Positions 30,330 through 40,301 of a stretch of 64,000 bases of DNA are shown piece after piece (positions within the stretch are counted from its first letter, which is position 1; the number at the start of each line of letters is the position of its first letter). The translations under genes were made by a program, and so were the position numbers. Below the pieces are notes generated by a model, which worked only from the letters and a program-made list of their open reading frames with translations, made no database searches and was not told the origin of the DNA. The DNA is from Chloropicon primus. Taxonomy: Eukaryota. The stretch lies in NCBI GenBank assembly GCA_023205875.1, contig CP060762.1, positions 62,001-126,000 of the forward strand, read 5' to 3'.

Positions 30330-31565
30330 ATGCCGGTTGACCAGGACGAGAACGAGGGGTTGGGAGTCGAGACGGTTCCCGTAGAAGTCGTGGTGGCACG
30401 CGATGACTGCAACGACTGTGGGTCGAAAGAATCCGGTGCTGGTAGCGACGACCTCGAGGACGGGGGCTCGGCCCCCGCTGGTGCGAAGGTTTGGAAGAGG
30501 CGTGACAGTGAGGGCCTCAAGAGTGACATGGAGAAGTACGCTCCCGCTCCAAAGACGCTTGGGGGCAGGCTCTTCTGCCTCGCGGGCGAGGAGAACTCTT
30601 TCCGTGCCAAGCTCGTCCGCTGCGACAGGGAGTACTATCCTGGCGAGGACTGGACCAGGGCTGACACACAGTACACGGCCGTGGCCGTGTTCGTGTTCGT
30701 CGTCTGGGCTTGCATCAACGTCTGGCAGGACAGGAACTCCTTCATGTACAACACCAGCATCAACTACCCCTTCTGGCTCAAGATGTTCTTCACGGTCTTC
30801 TTCAACATCATCATATCGGGCTTCGTGGGCTACTTTGTGGTGACTAGGGAGTGGCGCATCGGTTACGGCAGAAAGATCTTGCACTTTTGTCTCTTTGCGA
30901 GTCCAGTGCTTGTGAACTCGATCTTCGGTGAAATCGACACCAAGGTGATGGGTCTGAGCTGGCTCGCTTTGGTCTGCCAGGCGTACTTCTTCATCTTGCT
31001 CAAGCCCATCAGAAGGAGGTTGCCCATCCCCTTCTTGCTCGCGTTCAGAGCCATGGACAGACCAAAGGACAGGCCATACACGGTCCCGTGGCTCTGGGTT
31101 CAGAGCTTCTTCGGTTTCTTGGCCATGCTGCTGCTCCAGATCTACCTGAGCTCGAAGAACCTCTCGGACGCCTTCTTTTTGATCCCTCTCGTGGTCAATG
31201 GACTGGGAGACGGCTTGGCGGAGCCCGTCGGCATCCGATTCGGCAAGCACAAGTATCAGACGAGAGCCTTGTTCTACAAGGGCAAGTTCTGCTCCGGGGA
31301 ATTCATCAGATCCCTCGAGGGCAGCGCCTGCGTGTTCTTCTCGGCAGTCATGGCGGTTTTCATGATGTACAATGAATGGCAGAACACGACGAGGTTCGTG
31401 ATCGCCCTCGCCATCGTTCCCATCACCATGACCGCCGCGGAGGCCTTCTCTCCTCACACTTGCGACACGCCATTCATCTTCTTGGTGGCTACTGCACTGA
31501 TCTGCTTCCTCTTCGAAGCAGTGGATGACAACTTTGATCCATTCTCCCCAGACTACTCGCACTAG
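30330..31565 (+). CDS. Multi-pass membrane protein of the cytidylyltransferase/phytol-dolichol kinase-like family
   Basis: RKILHF, GLGDGLAEPVGIRFGKHKY, RSLEGS and EAFSPHTCD, with about 9 hydrophobic segments. Confidence 0.8.
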   Translation: MPVDQDENEGLGVETVPVEVVVARDDCNDCGSKESGAGSDDLEDGGSAPAGAKVWKRRDSEGLKSDMEKYAPAPKTLGGRLFCLAGEENSFRAKLVRCDREYYPGEDWTRADTQYTAVAVFVFVVWACINVWQDRNSFMYNTSINYPFWLKMFFTVFFNIIISGFVGYFVVTREWRIGYGRKILHFCLFASPVLVNSIFGEIDTKVMGLSWLALVCQAYFFILLKPIRRRLPIPFLLAFRAMDRPKDRPYTVPWLWVQSFFGFLAMLLLQIYLSSKNLSDAFFLIPLVVNGLGDGLAEPVGIRFGKHKYQTRALFYKGKFCSGEFIRSLEGSACVFFSAVMAVFMMYNEWQNTTRFVIALAIVPITMTAAEAFSPHTCDTPFIFLVATALICFLFEAVDDNFDPFSPDYSH

Positions 31566-32043
31566 GAGAAAGAGTGTGCGCGCTCTATATGCCCTGACCG
31601 CGTTGCACCCGGGGTCCCTCCTGCTTCGGGCTTTTTGTGTTTCTCTCTTCCAATCAACCACAGCAGGGATGAGTTTTTCGAATTGTAATGCATGGTCTCT
31701 CATCACACCGACACCCACAATGGTATTGTCACTGCGTCCTCCCTCTCCCTCCCCAGGTCCCGCCCTCTCTCCTCCGATCAAGCCTGGAAATCATCCAAAG
31801 CTTTGCCCGCTTCGCCTCACGTGCTCCAGTCCAAGACAAGGGGTTCCAGGAGCAAGAAGGTTTGCGTCTCCTCGCCTCTCCCTGCCCAGAGTAACCGCAG
31901 AGCCAAGCTCTCCAGCTATTCCAGAATTTTGTTTGGGCGAGGCCGCGTCCTTTAAGATCTTTTCCCGCGGTCTCCAAGTTCAAGGCACCTCAGGACGCCC
32001 CAGGAGGACACAACGCACGTCGGGTGACCACAGGACCACCAAG

Positions 32044-35000
32044 ATGGATCCGAGGTGGAGGAAAGGCGGCATCTTGGTGACCAAACTCACAACCTGGTTC
32101 GCTCTTGGCCTCCTCTTCGCGACACTGCCCTGCGGCAGAGGCGCAATTGGTGCCAGTGCCAAATGGACCAGCAAGTACACAAGTCTGGACACCGAGGTGA
32201 AGAGCTTGCTGCTGGAAGAGTCCATGTCACAACTTCGGCAGCTGGTGCCCACGAGGAAGAGCAATGGCCTTGTGTTCGGCACGCACTGCGCCTTGGAGGC
32301 GGAGACCACTGCCGTCCCTGCCGAGGAAGGGAACGGGACGGCTGCACCAGCACCAGTGGAAGTGGAGGAGACGGAGACCGGCGTGGTGCTGTTTCGAGTG
32401 ACTCGGGAGGACGTGAAGGGAATGGACGTCTCCAGGGCGACCCTGGCGCTTCACATACGAAGGTATGACTTGGAGCTCGACCAGGTTGACTTTTACTACT
32501 TGGACCAGACGTGGAAGTCAGCGGTGAGCCCAGGGACTGTGCTGGAGAACCTGAGAGCGAAGCAGAGCAAAGCCTTCGCCTCGATTGACTTGTCTCTTCA
32601 AGACAGAGGGTCCTGGGGGGCGCACAACGTCGACGTGACCCAGTACGTCCAAAAGGCATCGCAGGGTCTGAAAAGCTTGGGGGGGTTCCTGGCAGTTGGC
32701 TCCTCCAAGTCAGGCAGTTGCCGTGCCAGGGGCTTCATGCCCTCCTCGAGCTACAGTCCCACCGAGGGCCTTCCGCGGGTGCAGGTCGATTACAGAATCG
32801 ACATGTTCCCGCCGGTTGGGTCGATCACGGAGCAGCCTCCTCCGCTGACACGGCTGTCTACGGCAACGCTGCACTTTGCGGGAACGGACCTTGAGAGTGG
32901 CATGTCTCACTTCAAGTGCAAGCTGGACGACGGGGAGTTCCAGGACTGCACGAGCCCTTGGACGTACGAGAATCTGAAGGATGGGGCCCACAGCTTCGCC
33001 ATGAAGCCCGTTGACAACAGCGGGAACGAGGGGCACGTCGTGTTCAGCGAGCCTTGGCTGATCGACACCGTGCTCCCCGTCGCCCACCTGGTGGAGGGTC
33101 ACCACCCGCCTCAGAATTCCTTGAGCCAGTCCGCGACCTTCCTGTTCCACACGGAGGATAACGTCGTGAAGGGGGGGAGTGCCCAGATGACGACCGAGTG
33201 CAGGCTGGACGGCATGGAGTACTTTTTGTGCTACAGCGGGGCGCCGGTGACGTTCTCCGACCTCGACCAAGGCGTTCACAACTTTTACATCAAAGTCCAG
33301 GATGCGGCTGGAAATGTGAACGAGCTCGAGCTGTGGACGTGGCAAGTCGACATCCCCCCCGCTTGCTCGGTGCAAGTGAACAAGAGCACGGACAGGAGGG
33401 GGCACTCCGCTTTCGCGTTCACCTTTGCGTGGAGCGAGGAGGTGAAGGGATTCTCTCCGGACGGCGTGGTTGTCGGCGGCGTGGGCGCCGAGCTCAAGGC
33501 GTGGAGGCAGATCAACGAGACGCATTACCAGGCCAGTTGCGAGCCGCTCACCGACGGCGACATTACGGTCCAAGTCAAGAGCAATGCGGCCCAAGACATG
33601 GAAGGAAATTGGAACATCGAGCCGTCTAACACCGCGAGGATCTCGTACGACGGGACGCCTCCAAAGTGCACTCTGAAGACCCTGCATCCGGCAAACACCT
33701 TCTCTGGCAAGTTTTCCTTGACGATCGCTTGGAGCGAGGACGTTAAGGGCTTCTCGCCAGACGCCATCTCCATTTTGGGGGACTCTAAGAAGGTCGGAGC
33801 CACGTTTGCGTCCAAGTTCTCTGCAGATACCGTGGGAAGCCATTTCACGGGAACCATCGTTCCTTTCGGCATGGGCACCCTGAGCGTTAGCGTCAAGTCA
33901 AAGTCCGCACGGGATTTGTCCGGGAACACGAACGAGGACTCGTGTTCGTTGGATGTCACCATATCGAACACGGACGTGTATTACGCCTCCCAAGGCGGGT
34001 CCTACCTTTCCTCGATCGGCCAGGAGGCCCTCAAGACGTTTCAAGTTGTGCCCAAAAACGCCGTGAGCAAGTACAAGGTGCCTGGCAGGGCAGGGGCCTT
34101 GGAGGTGGACGGCCAGAACCACCTCTTCGTTGCGGTGAATAACCAGAGCATCTACATGTACGAAGCGAGCAAGATGGAAGCGATGCACACGGTCGCCCAG
34201 ACGGGAAAAATTGTTGGCCTGAAGACTGATGCGCATGGAAGGCTCTTTGCGGCCGAGGGGGAGAGCGGCGTCATCAGGGTTTTCGACATCTCGGAATCGC
34301 GTTTCGAGCTTGTGAACGAGTTCCCGATCAGCGCATCCTGGAACTACGAGGACGAGGACGTTGACTTCATTTCCATGGATTTCGACTTCACGGGTCAGCT
34401 CCTCGTGCTGAATCCTTTCGAGCCCAAGCTGCACATCTTCAACGCGGAAGACTTTTCTGCCGTGAAGACCGTGGACTTGAAAGCGGGCACGCGGGAGCCC
34501 TTGGCGCTCTCTGTTGACGGCAAGAACATGGTGAATGTTCTGGACAAGGCGTCCCGGTCCGTTCACAAGTACGGCAAGGGCTTCACAAAGGTTAGCGAGA
34601 CTTTGGTGCTGGAGGGCTGCGACGGTTTGGAGCCCAAAAGGATGTCCATCGACTCGTACCAAAATCTTCACGTGGTTGACGCGTCCAAGAGCAACATCTG
34701 TGTCGTGGACACCAAGCTCCAGGAAGCTTGGTTGGTTTCCATCGAGGGGAGCGGGGAAATCTTCGCGTCCTCGTCGTTTCACCAATCGCAGCCACCGACC
34801 TGCACGATCCTGACCCCTCCAGACAACCAGCACGCGGACTTTAACGTGACCTTCAAGTGGGATCGACCTGTGGAGGGCTTTGAGGTCGAGGACATCAACC
34901 TCGGCGGCTCTGGCGGCACCATCAGAGATCTCAGGCCGCTTGGTGGCGAGGGGGTCGCATCCGAGTTCACGGCAAGCGTCACTGCGGGTGGCATCGGGAT

Positions 35001-36588
35001 CGTGTCCTTCCAGATCAAGCCCTTTGCGGTGCAAGACGAGAATGGCATCTGGAACCCAACTCCGAGCGAGGTCTCGAAGACTTCCTTCTTTGGTGGCCAG
35101 TGCAGCGTGGAGCTCGGGTGCCAGTGGCAGCTGGCGCAGTACCAGAGTCAGCTTGCACTGGACAGGGTCCAAAAGGAGGTTGAGATGGAGCTCGAGAAGG
35201 AGGAGAAGGCGGCGCAGATCCGGGAGGAGGCCAGGATTCGAGCGGAAACCGCGATTGAGACCGCAAAAATGGAGATCGAGAAGGGTAAGATCATACTGGA
35301 GAAGGAGGTCATCAGGGCCCGCATTCAAGCCGAGGCGGACGAGCGGATCCGGGAGGCGAGGATGACGGAAGACATCCGGCTTCGAGAGATCAGGGAAAAG
35401 GGAGCAGAATACACGAAGACTGCGCTGGAAGTGGTTAACACCGTCCTCAACTCCATGCATTCGGTTCTGGAGAATCCTGAGCAGATGAAGCGCATCATCT
35501 GGACCCTCTTCGCCTTCTTCATGGCTTACTTCATCTCCAAGGAGGCAATCCAAGTCGTCGCGAAGTACATCTCCAAGTTGCTGGGAAAGCCATCCTTGCT
35601 GAGGGACACCACGAGGGGATCCATCGCTTCGCTGTTTTCTTTCCTTGTGAGGGCCCAAAAGGCGGAGACCGTGAGCCGGCAGGCCATGTTCAGAGGCATA
35701 GTCCTGTGCAAGGATCTCCTGAACCAGATGGAGATCGTTGCCAACTCCATCATCTGCAGGAAGCAGAACGACCTCCCGTACAGGCACATCCTTTTCCATG
35801 GAATGCCCGGCACGGGTAAGACGATGGTGGCCGAGAGGCTCGCCAAGCAGTGCGGGGTGGATTACGCGATCATGAGCGGGGGAGACGTGATCCCACTGGG
35901 AAAGTCCGCGGTGACCGAATTGCACAGGCTCTTCAATTGGGCCGAGAGAAGCAGCAAGGGGGTGCTCATTTTTATCGACGAGGCGGAAGCGTTCCTCCAG
36001 AAGAGAACCAGTGGGGTCCAGCAGAGCGAGCACATGAAGTCAGCGATAAACGCGTTGCTTTCGAGGACGGGGCAGCCCACGAGGAAGTTCATGCTCGTTC
36101 TTGCTACGAATCGGCCCCAAGACTTGGATTCTGCTGTCCTGGACAGGATCGATGATTCGATTGCTTTCCCCCTCCCCGGGGACAAGGAGCGGATGGAGCT
36201 GCTCGATCTGTACTTCACGAATTACATCGGCGCCATCTCCAAGGACAAGGAGGACAGCAGCGGGGGCCAAATTCTTGGGTGGACCATGGCGACGGTGCAG
36301 AGAAACAGGGGATTCCTCATGAACCAATTGTGCGCTTTGTTCCCATCGGTGTCTCCGCCCAAAATCATCAAGCTCGTTGGATTCCCGAACGGGGAGACCT
36401 TCAAGACCTTGTCGAAGATGACGAGCGGCTTCAGCGGTCGGGAGGTGTCCAAGCTCATCTCCTCTGTGGGGACCTACGCCATCAGCATGGACGGGAAGGG
36501 GGGCTCTTCCTTGTCTTGGAAGGAGTGCGTCGCCGTCGTAGAGCAGAAGGCAAAGGAGCACGCTGTGAAGAGATCCTTTTACGCGTGA
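32044..36588 (+). CDS. 1514-aa protein: signal peptide, Ig-like and beta-propeller-like ectodomain, coiled coil, TM segment and ATAD3-family AAA+ ATPase
   Basis: Uninterrupted ORF. The C-terminus has LFHGMPGTGKT, DYAIMSGGDV.PLG..AVTELH.LF.WA..S.KG...FIDEAEAFL and LATNRPQDLDSAVLDRID (ATAD3 signature). The N-terminus has repeated Ig-like motifs. Confidence 0.88.
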   Translation: MDPRWRKGGILVTKLTTWFALGLLFATLPCGRGAIGASAKWTSKYTSLDTEVKSLLLEESMSQLRQLVPTRKSNGLVFGTHCALEAETTAVPAEEGNGTAAPAPVEVEETETGVVLFRVTREDVKGMDVSRATLALHIRRYDLELDQVDFYYLDQTWKSAVSPGTVLENLRAKQSKAFASIDLSLQDRGSWGAHNVDVTQYVQKASQGLKSLGGFLAVGSSKSGSCRARGFMPSSSYSPTEGLPRVQVDYRIDMFPPVGSITEQPPPLTRLSTATLHFAGTDLESGMSHFKCKLDDGEFQDCTSPWTYENLKDGAHSFAMKPVDNSGNEGHVVFSEPWLIDTVLPVAHLVEGHHPPQNSLSQSATFLFHTEDNVVKGGSAQMTTECRLDGMEYFLCYSGAPVTFSDLDQGVHNFYIKVQDAAGNVNELELWTWQVDIPPACSVQVNKSTDRRGHSAFAFTFAWSEEVKGFSPDGVVVGGVGAELKAWRQINETHYQASCEPLTDGDITVQVKSNAAQDMEGNWNIEPSNTARISYDGTPPKCTLKTLHPANTFSGKFSLTIAWSEDVKGFSPDAISILGDSKKVGATFASKFSADTVGSHFTGTIVPFGMGTLSVSVKSKSARDLSGNTNEDSCSLDVTISNTDVYYASQGGSYLSSIGQEALKTFQVVPKNAVSKYKVPGRAGALEVDGQNHLFVAVNNQSIYMYEASKMEAMHTVAQTGKIVGLKTDAHGRLFAAEGESGVIRVFDISESRFELVNEFPISASWNYEDEDVDFISMDFDFTGQLLVLNPFEPKLHIFNAEDFSAVKTVDLKAGTREPLALSVDGKNMVNVLDKASRSVHKYGKGFTKVSETLVLEGCDGLEPKRMSIDSYQNLHVVDASKSNICVVDTKLQEAWLVSIEGSGEIFASSSFHQSQPPTCTILTPPDNQHADFNVTFKWDRPVEGFEVEDINLGGSGGTIRDLRPLGGEGVASEFTASVTAGGIGIVSFQIKPFAVQDENGIWNPTPSEVSKTSFFGGQCSVELGCQWQLAQYQSQLALDRVQKEVEMELEKEEKAAQIREEARIRAETAIETAKMEIEKGKIILEKEVIRARIQAEADERIREARMTEDIRLREIREKGAEYTKTALEVVNTVLNSMHSVLENPEQMKRIIWTLFAFFMAYFISKEAIQVVAKYISKLLGKPSLLRDTTRGSIASLFSFLVRAQKAETVSRQAMFRGIVLCKDLLNQMEIVANSIICRKQNDLPYRHILFHGMPGTGKTMVAERLAKQCGVDYAIMSGGDVIPLGKSAVTELHRLFNWAERSSKGVLIFIDEAEAFLQKRTSGVQQSEHMKSAINALLSRTGQPTRKFMLVLATNRPQDLDSAVLDRIDDSIAFPLPGDKERMELLDLYFTNYIGAISKDKEDSSGGQILGWTMATVQRNRGFLMNQLCALFPSVSPPKIIKLVGFPNGETFKTLSKMTSGFSGREVSKLISSVGTYAISMDGKGGSSLSWKECVAVVEQKAKEHAVKRSFYA

Positions 36589-36675
36589 GAAATTGGCAAA
36601 ATTTGTAAAAAAAAGATAATCATACACACGAAAACCAAAACTTAAGTCATCATCGTCAAGAGCGCAGGGCCTCGT

Positions 36676-38097
36676 TCAGTTCCCGTTGGCCTCTTCGGAG
36701 TCGCTGTCCCCGAGAGAGAAGACCGCATCCCCGCTGCTGGGCAGCTTGCCGTTGAGCAACCCTTGGTCTTCTAAGCTTTCAAGGCTATCCAGCTCCAACT
36801 CTTTCGTCCCCGCCACCGCCTTTCCTGCACCTTGCTCGCTTTGCATGTGCTTCCTGATCTTGTAGCGATTGTACAAGAACACTCCAATGATGAGAATTCC
36901 CAGGCCCACCCCGTTCACTGCACTTATCTTGTCTCCGAAGAAGACGATTCCCGCGAATATAGTCAGCAACTCCTTGAGAGCTCCCGCGACAGTGAAAGTC
37001 ACGGCGCTGGTCTCTGCCACGAGCACAAACTCTGCCAAGACCATCAAGAATGCGATGGACCCGGAGAACACTATGAAGCCGGTCGTCAGCATCAAGTCCC
37101 CGGCGCTGCTGAAGTAAGCAGACGTGCCGATCAGCTTCCAGGGCCTCTCGATGATCAGGGAAAAGAAGAGGACGATCCCCGACATGAGCGGAGTCATGTT
37201 GTACAGCGTGATCACGGAGTTCTGCAGGTTCCTTCCTTTCCCGAACCAGGATCCCTTCTGCAGCAGCAGCTGGACGTAGCCCCATCTCCAGCCCGACAGA
37301 AACGCCGCGAGCATGACCAAGAAAAACCCGAACGCGTTGAACTTCACTTCCCCGAAGACAGACATCATCACACCCGTCATGATGATTCCCATGATCCCCG
37401 TCAGCTGGAAACTCGGCTGCTCCAGCTTGAGGAGAAACGCGAACATCAGAAGAAACAGGGGGCTGCTGCTCTTGCACATGGTGTAGAACGAGACCGTTAT
37501 GTACACAAACGAAAGGTTGGAGGCTCCGTAGTCCAGGCCAGTCATGAAGCTCACCGGGGCAAACCTCTTGGCCCACAAAACCCAGGACTTCCCCTCCCTG
37601 TCCTCCGTGTGCAAGTTCGGGTCGCAGCGCATGACTGCCTCCGGGAAGCTCTCCCTGAGCACGAAGATGTGGTGGGCCAGGAAGTAGAGCCTGCAGAGGA
37701 AGAACTGCAGCAGCATGCCGCTCCCGGTGACCAGGAGGGGCGCCGGGAATTTCCCGTGCTCCGCCCCATAAATAGCCTTGTTAAAGACCGTCAGAGTGGT
37801 GCTGAGAGTATACCAAGAACCTATGAGCCCGATGACCTTGAGCTTGAAGTGCAAGGAGTTTTTGTCGGTCTCTCCTATCGAAAGCAAGCCCCTGCGCTGC
37901 CTATCCCGTTGCGCCCGCTCCCTGTCCTGCTTGTATATCGTGAACGCTTGCTGTATCCGCGAAGCAGCTTTGAAGGCCTTCGAGTCAGAGCTCAGCAGCT
38001 GCGGCGACGCGGAGGAAGCCTCTCCGTTCTCGAAGAGCTGCGGCGAGGATTGCCCGTTTATTTCAGAAGCCACGAGCTTGCTCAGATCGGCATTCAT
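36676..38097 (-). CDS. Nucleotide-sugar/triose-phosphate transporter family protein (SLC35C2-like)
   Basis: WY..S..LT.FNK, FPAPL, SNLSF.YITVSFYTMCKSS.P.F.L and TSAVTFTVAG.LKE, about 10 TMs. Confidence 0.9.
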   Translation of the reverse strand: MNADLSKLVASEINGQSSPQLFENGEASSASPQLLSSDSKAFKAASRIQQAFTIYKQDRERAQRDRQRRGLLSIGETDKNSLHFKLKVIGLIGSWYTLSTTLTVFNKAIYGAEHGKFPAPLLVTGSGMLLQFFLCRLYFLAHHIFVLRESFPEAVMRCDPNLHTEDREGKSWVLWAKRFAPVSFMTGLDYGASNLSFVYITVSFYTMCKSSSPLFLLMFAFLLKLEQPSFQLTGIMGIIMTGVMMSVFGEVKFNAFGFFLVMLAAFLSGWRWGYVQLLLQKGSWFGKGRNLQNSVITLYNMTPLMSGIVLFFSLIIERPWKLIGTSAYFSSAGDLMLTTGFIVFSGSIAFLMVLAEFVLVAETSAVTFTVAGALKELLTIFAGIVFFGDKISAVNGVGLGILIIGVFLYNRYKIRKHMQSEQGAGKAVAGTKELELDSLESLEDQGLLNGKLPSSGDAVFSLGDSDSEEANGN

Positions 38098-38534
38098 GGC
38101 TCCGCTCTCCTCCTAATGCTGATACTGACACACACACACACAACGCTCCACACTCGGAAAGACCTCGGTCTCCTGGTGCGAAACCCTCGAAATTCCTTCG
38201 TCGCGAGCCAGCCACAGACTGCGAGCCCCGCAAGACGGACGCCGTGAGGTCCAAGCGGTTCCCCTCCTCGGCTTTTGCCTACACCGCCACCCTCTTGGGT
38301 CCAGACTCCTGGATCCCGACGCCCCTTCCCCTCCGTCCTCACCACAGCGTCCTTTCTCTCAAGTAAGGGCTCTTTCGAAAGATAAAGAGACGATCTTTCC
38401 GATAGTCACCTTGTCCTTCCCCCTAAGCCACGTCCTCGACCCTCTCTTGCCCTCTCTTTGTCCCTCCCTCCCTCTCCCTCTCGCCCTCCGCGATGGGGCC
38501 CTGGGGAAATCAATCCATCTTCCATATTTCCTCC

Positions 38535-38568
38535 TAGGTTTTAGGGTTTAGGTTTTAGGGTTTAGGGG
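38535..38568 (+). repeat. Interstitial telomere-like/telobox repeat (TTTTAGGG TTTAGG TTTTAGGG TTTAGGG)
   Basis: Degenerate TTTAGGG units in the divergent intergenic region. Confidence 0.7.
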
Positions 38569-39065
38569 TCGGGATCCCAAGGACACACTGGAGCCTCACG
38601 AGCAGAGCAGAGAGACACCTTTGGCGCCTTGAGGGGCAGAGAGGAGGCCGCAAGTGAGTCACACAACCTTGTCGTCGACGACGGAATTCAATCCAAAGGG
38701 TTTGGCTTTGGTTTCCCTTTCTCTCTTTTGTTTTTTGGGGGGCTGGATTGGACGCGAGGAGACGTAAAGGTGTGAATAGATTCGGGAGCAAGGCGGGAAC
38801 AAACTCGATCCCTCCAGTTGCTGATGGAGTTGGTGTTGGATCGAATTGTTTTGTTTGTTGTGTCGAGTTCTGAGCTTGTGATCGGCCGCAATCATTGACC
38901 AGCAGCGAAAGATGGACCAAGGAAGGGTTTAGGCGAGAACAGGAATAGAAGATTTTGATTTTACAGTCGAGAAGAAGAGGGAGCACGGCAACACAAGGCT
39001 TTGCTTTGTAGGGGACAGGCACAGGGGGCAGAGAGCGCGTTCGCTGCAAGACCGGGCTCAGAATC

Positions 39066-40190
39066 ATGGACGATATCAACCCGGGGGACTACCAGATGCT
39101 CATTCAGGAAGCTGCCAAGATGAAGAACGCTCAGCTGGAAGAGAAGCGGAAGGATTGGCTCAAGGCACCCGATTTTCTGAAGCGGACGCTGACGAACAGG
39201 GAGGACATCGTTTCTGTTCGGAAGCTGCCCACCTTCGCCGAGCGCCTGGTCTTCGTGTCCCAGCACAAGGACCAGGGCAACACCCTCTGCCAGGACGGGC
39301 AGTACGAGCCGGCGCTGTTGGAGTACGCGGAAGCTCTGAGTGTTCTGCTCTGGTTCCACCTTCCGAACGGCAAGCACAGCGAGGAGATCCCTCTTTTCCT
39401 CGGGTACGAGGCCTTCAAGAGTCCTGAATGCATGTGCCTCGCGAAAGATAGCGTCCAAGTGATTCTGCTGAACATAGCACACTGTCTTAACAAGCTCAAG
39501 AACTGGGATGCGAGCGTGTACGCCTGCACTTTCGTGCTTCAGAGGCTCGACAGGCACAGCGTCAAGGCCCTTTACAGGAGAGCAGTGGCCTACTACAGTC
39601 AAGGCACGTCGTTCTCCTTGGACCAGGCGGTGGAGGACCTCCTCAGTGCGAATTCCGTCGACCCGGAGGACAAGCAAGTGGCGAAGCTCTTGGCAAGATT
39701 TTTCAAGGAGAAGGTGAAGCAGGACAGGTAAGTCAGGGAGAAGAAGGAGCCATGTGACGAAAGCGTCATGTATGAGTTGTCTATGTTACATCGAAGTCAA
39801 AGATGAAAGCTTTCTTTTATGCGCGTGTGAGCTTGCATTTTCAAATCCCTCCACTGTTCATTCTTGTTCCTTATTTATTTAGCCAACTGACACGTTGTCG
39901 TTGACGATGGAATAAAAACGTTTCTCCTCCCCTCCAGGAAAGACAGTACAATCTGGAAGCGGAGCTTTGCCCGAATGAAGGAGCTTCCCAGAGAAGATTT
40001 TGAGGACATTGACGTCCCACAGAAACCCTCAGAAGCTGGCTCCAGCAGCAAGATTGCATCACCATTTAGCTGGCTGTTTCGGTACGCACACAGCAATCCT
40101 CTCGTCTTTGCCGTCTATCTTTTGATATTTGGGCACGCCATCTATCGCATTGTTTTGATCCTTACGAATCCTCTAGGGACGACAAACTAA
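39066..40190 (+). CDS. TPR co-chaperone-like protein with C-terminal membrane anchor; exons 39066-39727 and 39938-40190
   Basis: KDQGN...G.YE.A..EY..AL, LNIAHC..KL..W and KALYRRA.AY (3 TPRs). GTAAGT donor at 39728, CAG acceptor at 39937, in-frame phase-2 join. Hydrophobic tail PLVFAVYLLIFG. Confidence 0.85.
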
Positions 40191-40301
40191 ACCCTATTAG
40201 TATATCAATACACCCCAGAAGAACTTCCACGGTTCAGACCTAAGCTTGGAGACAGAGGCTTGCGCCCTGTGTGCCGCAGGCTCCTTGGCGGCCCTCGGCC
40301 C

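Noticed and set aside
31525..32043. N-terminal 173 aa of the 1687-aa ORF
   Set aside because: It overlaps the upstream gene's end and looks like UTR/promoter sequence. ATG 32044 yields a signal peptide.
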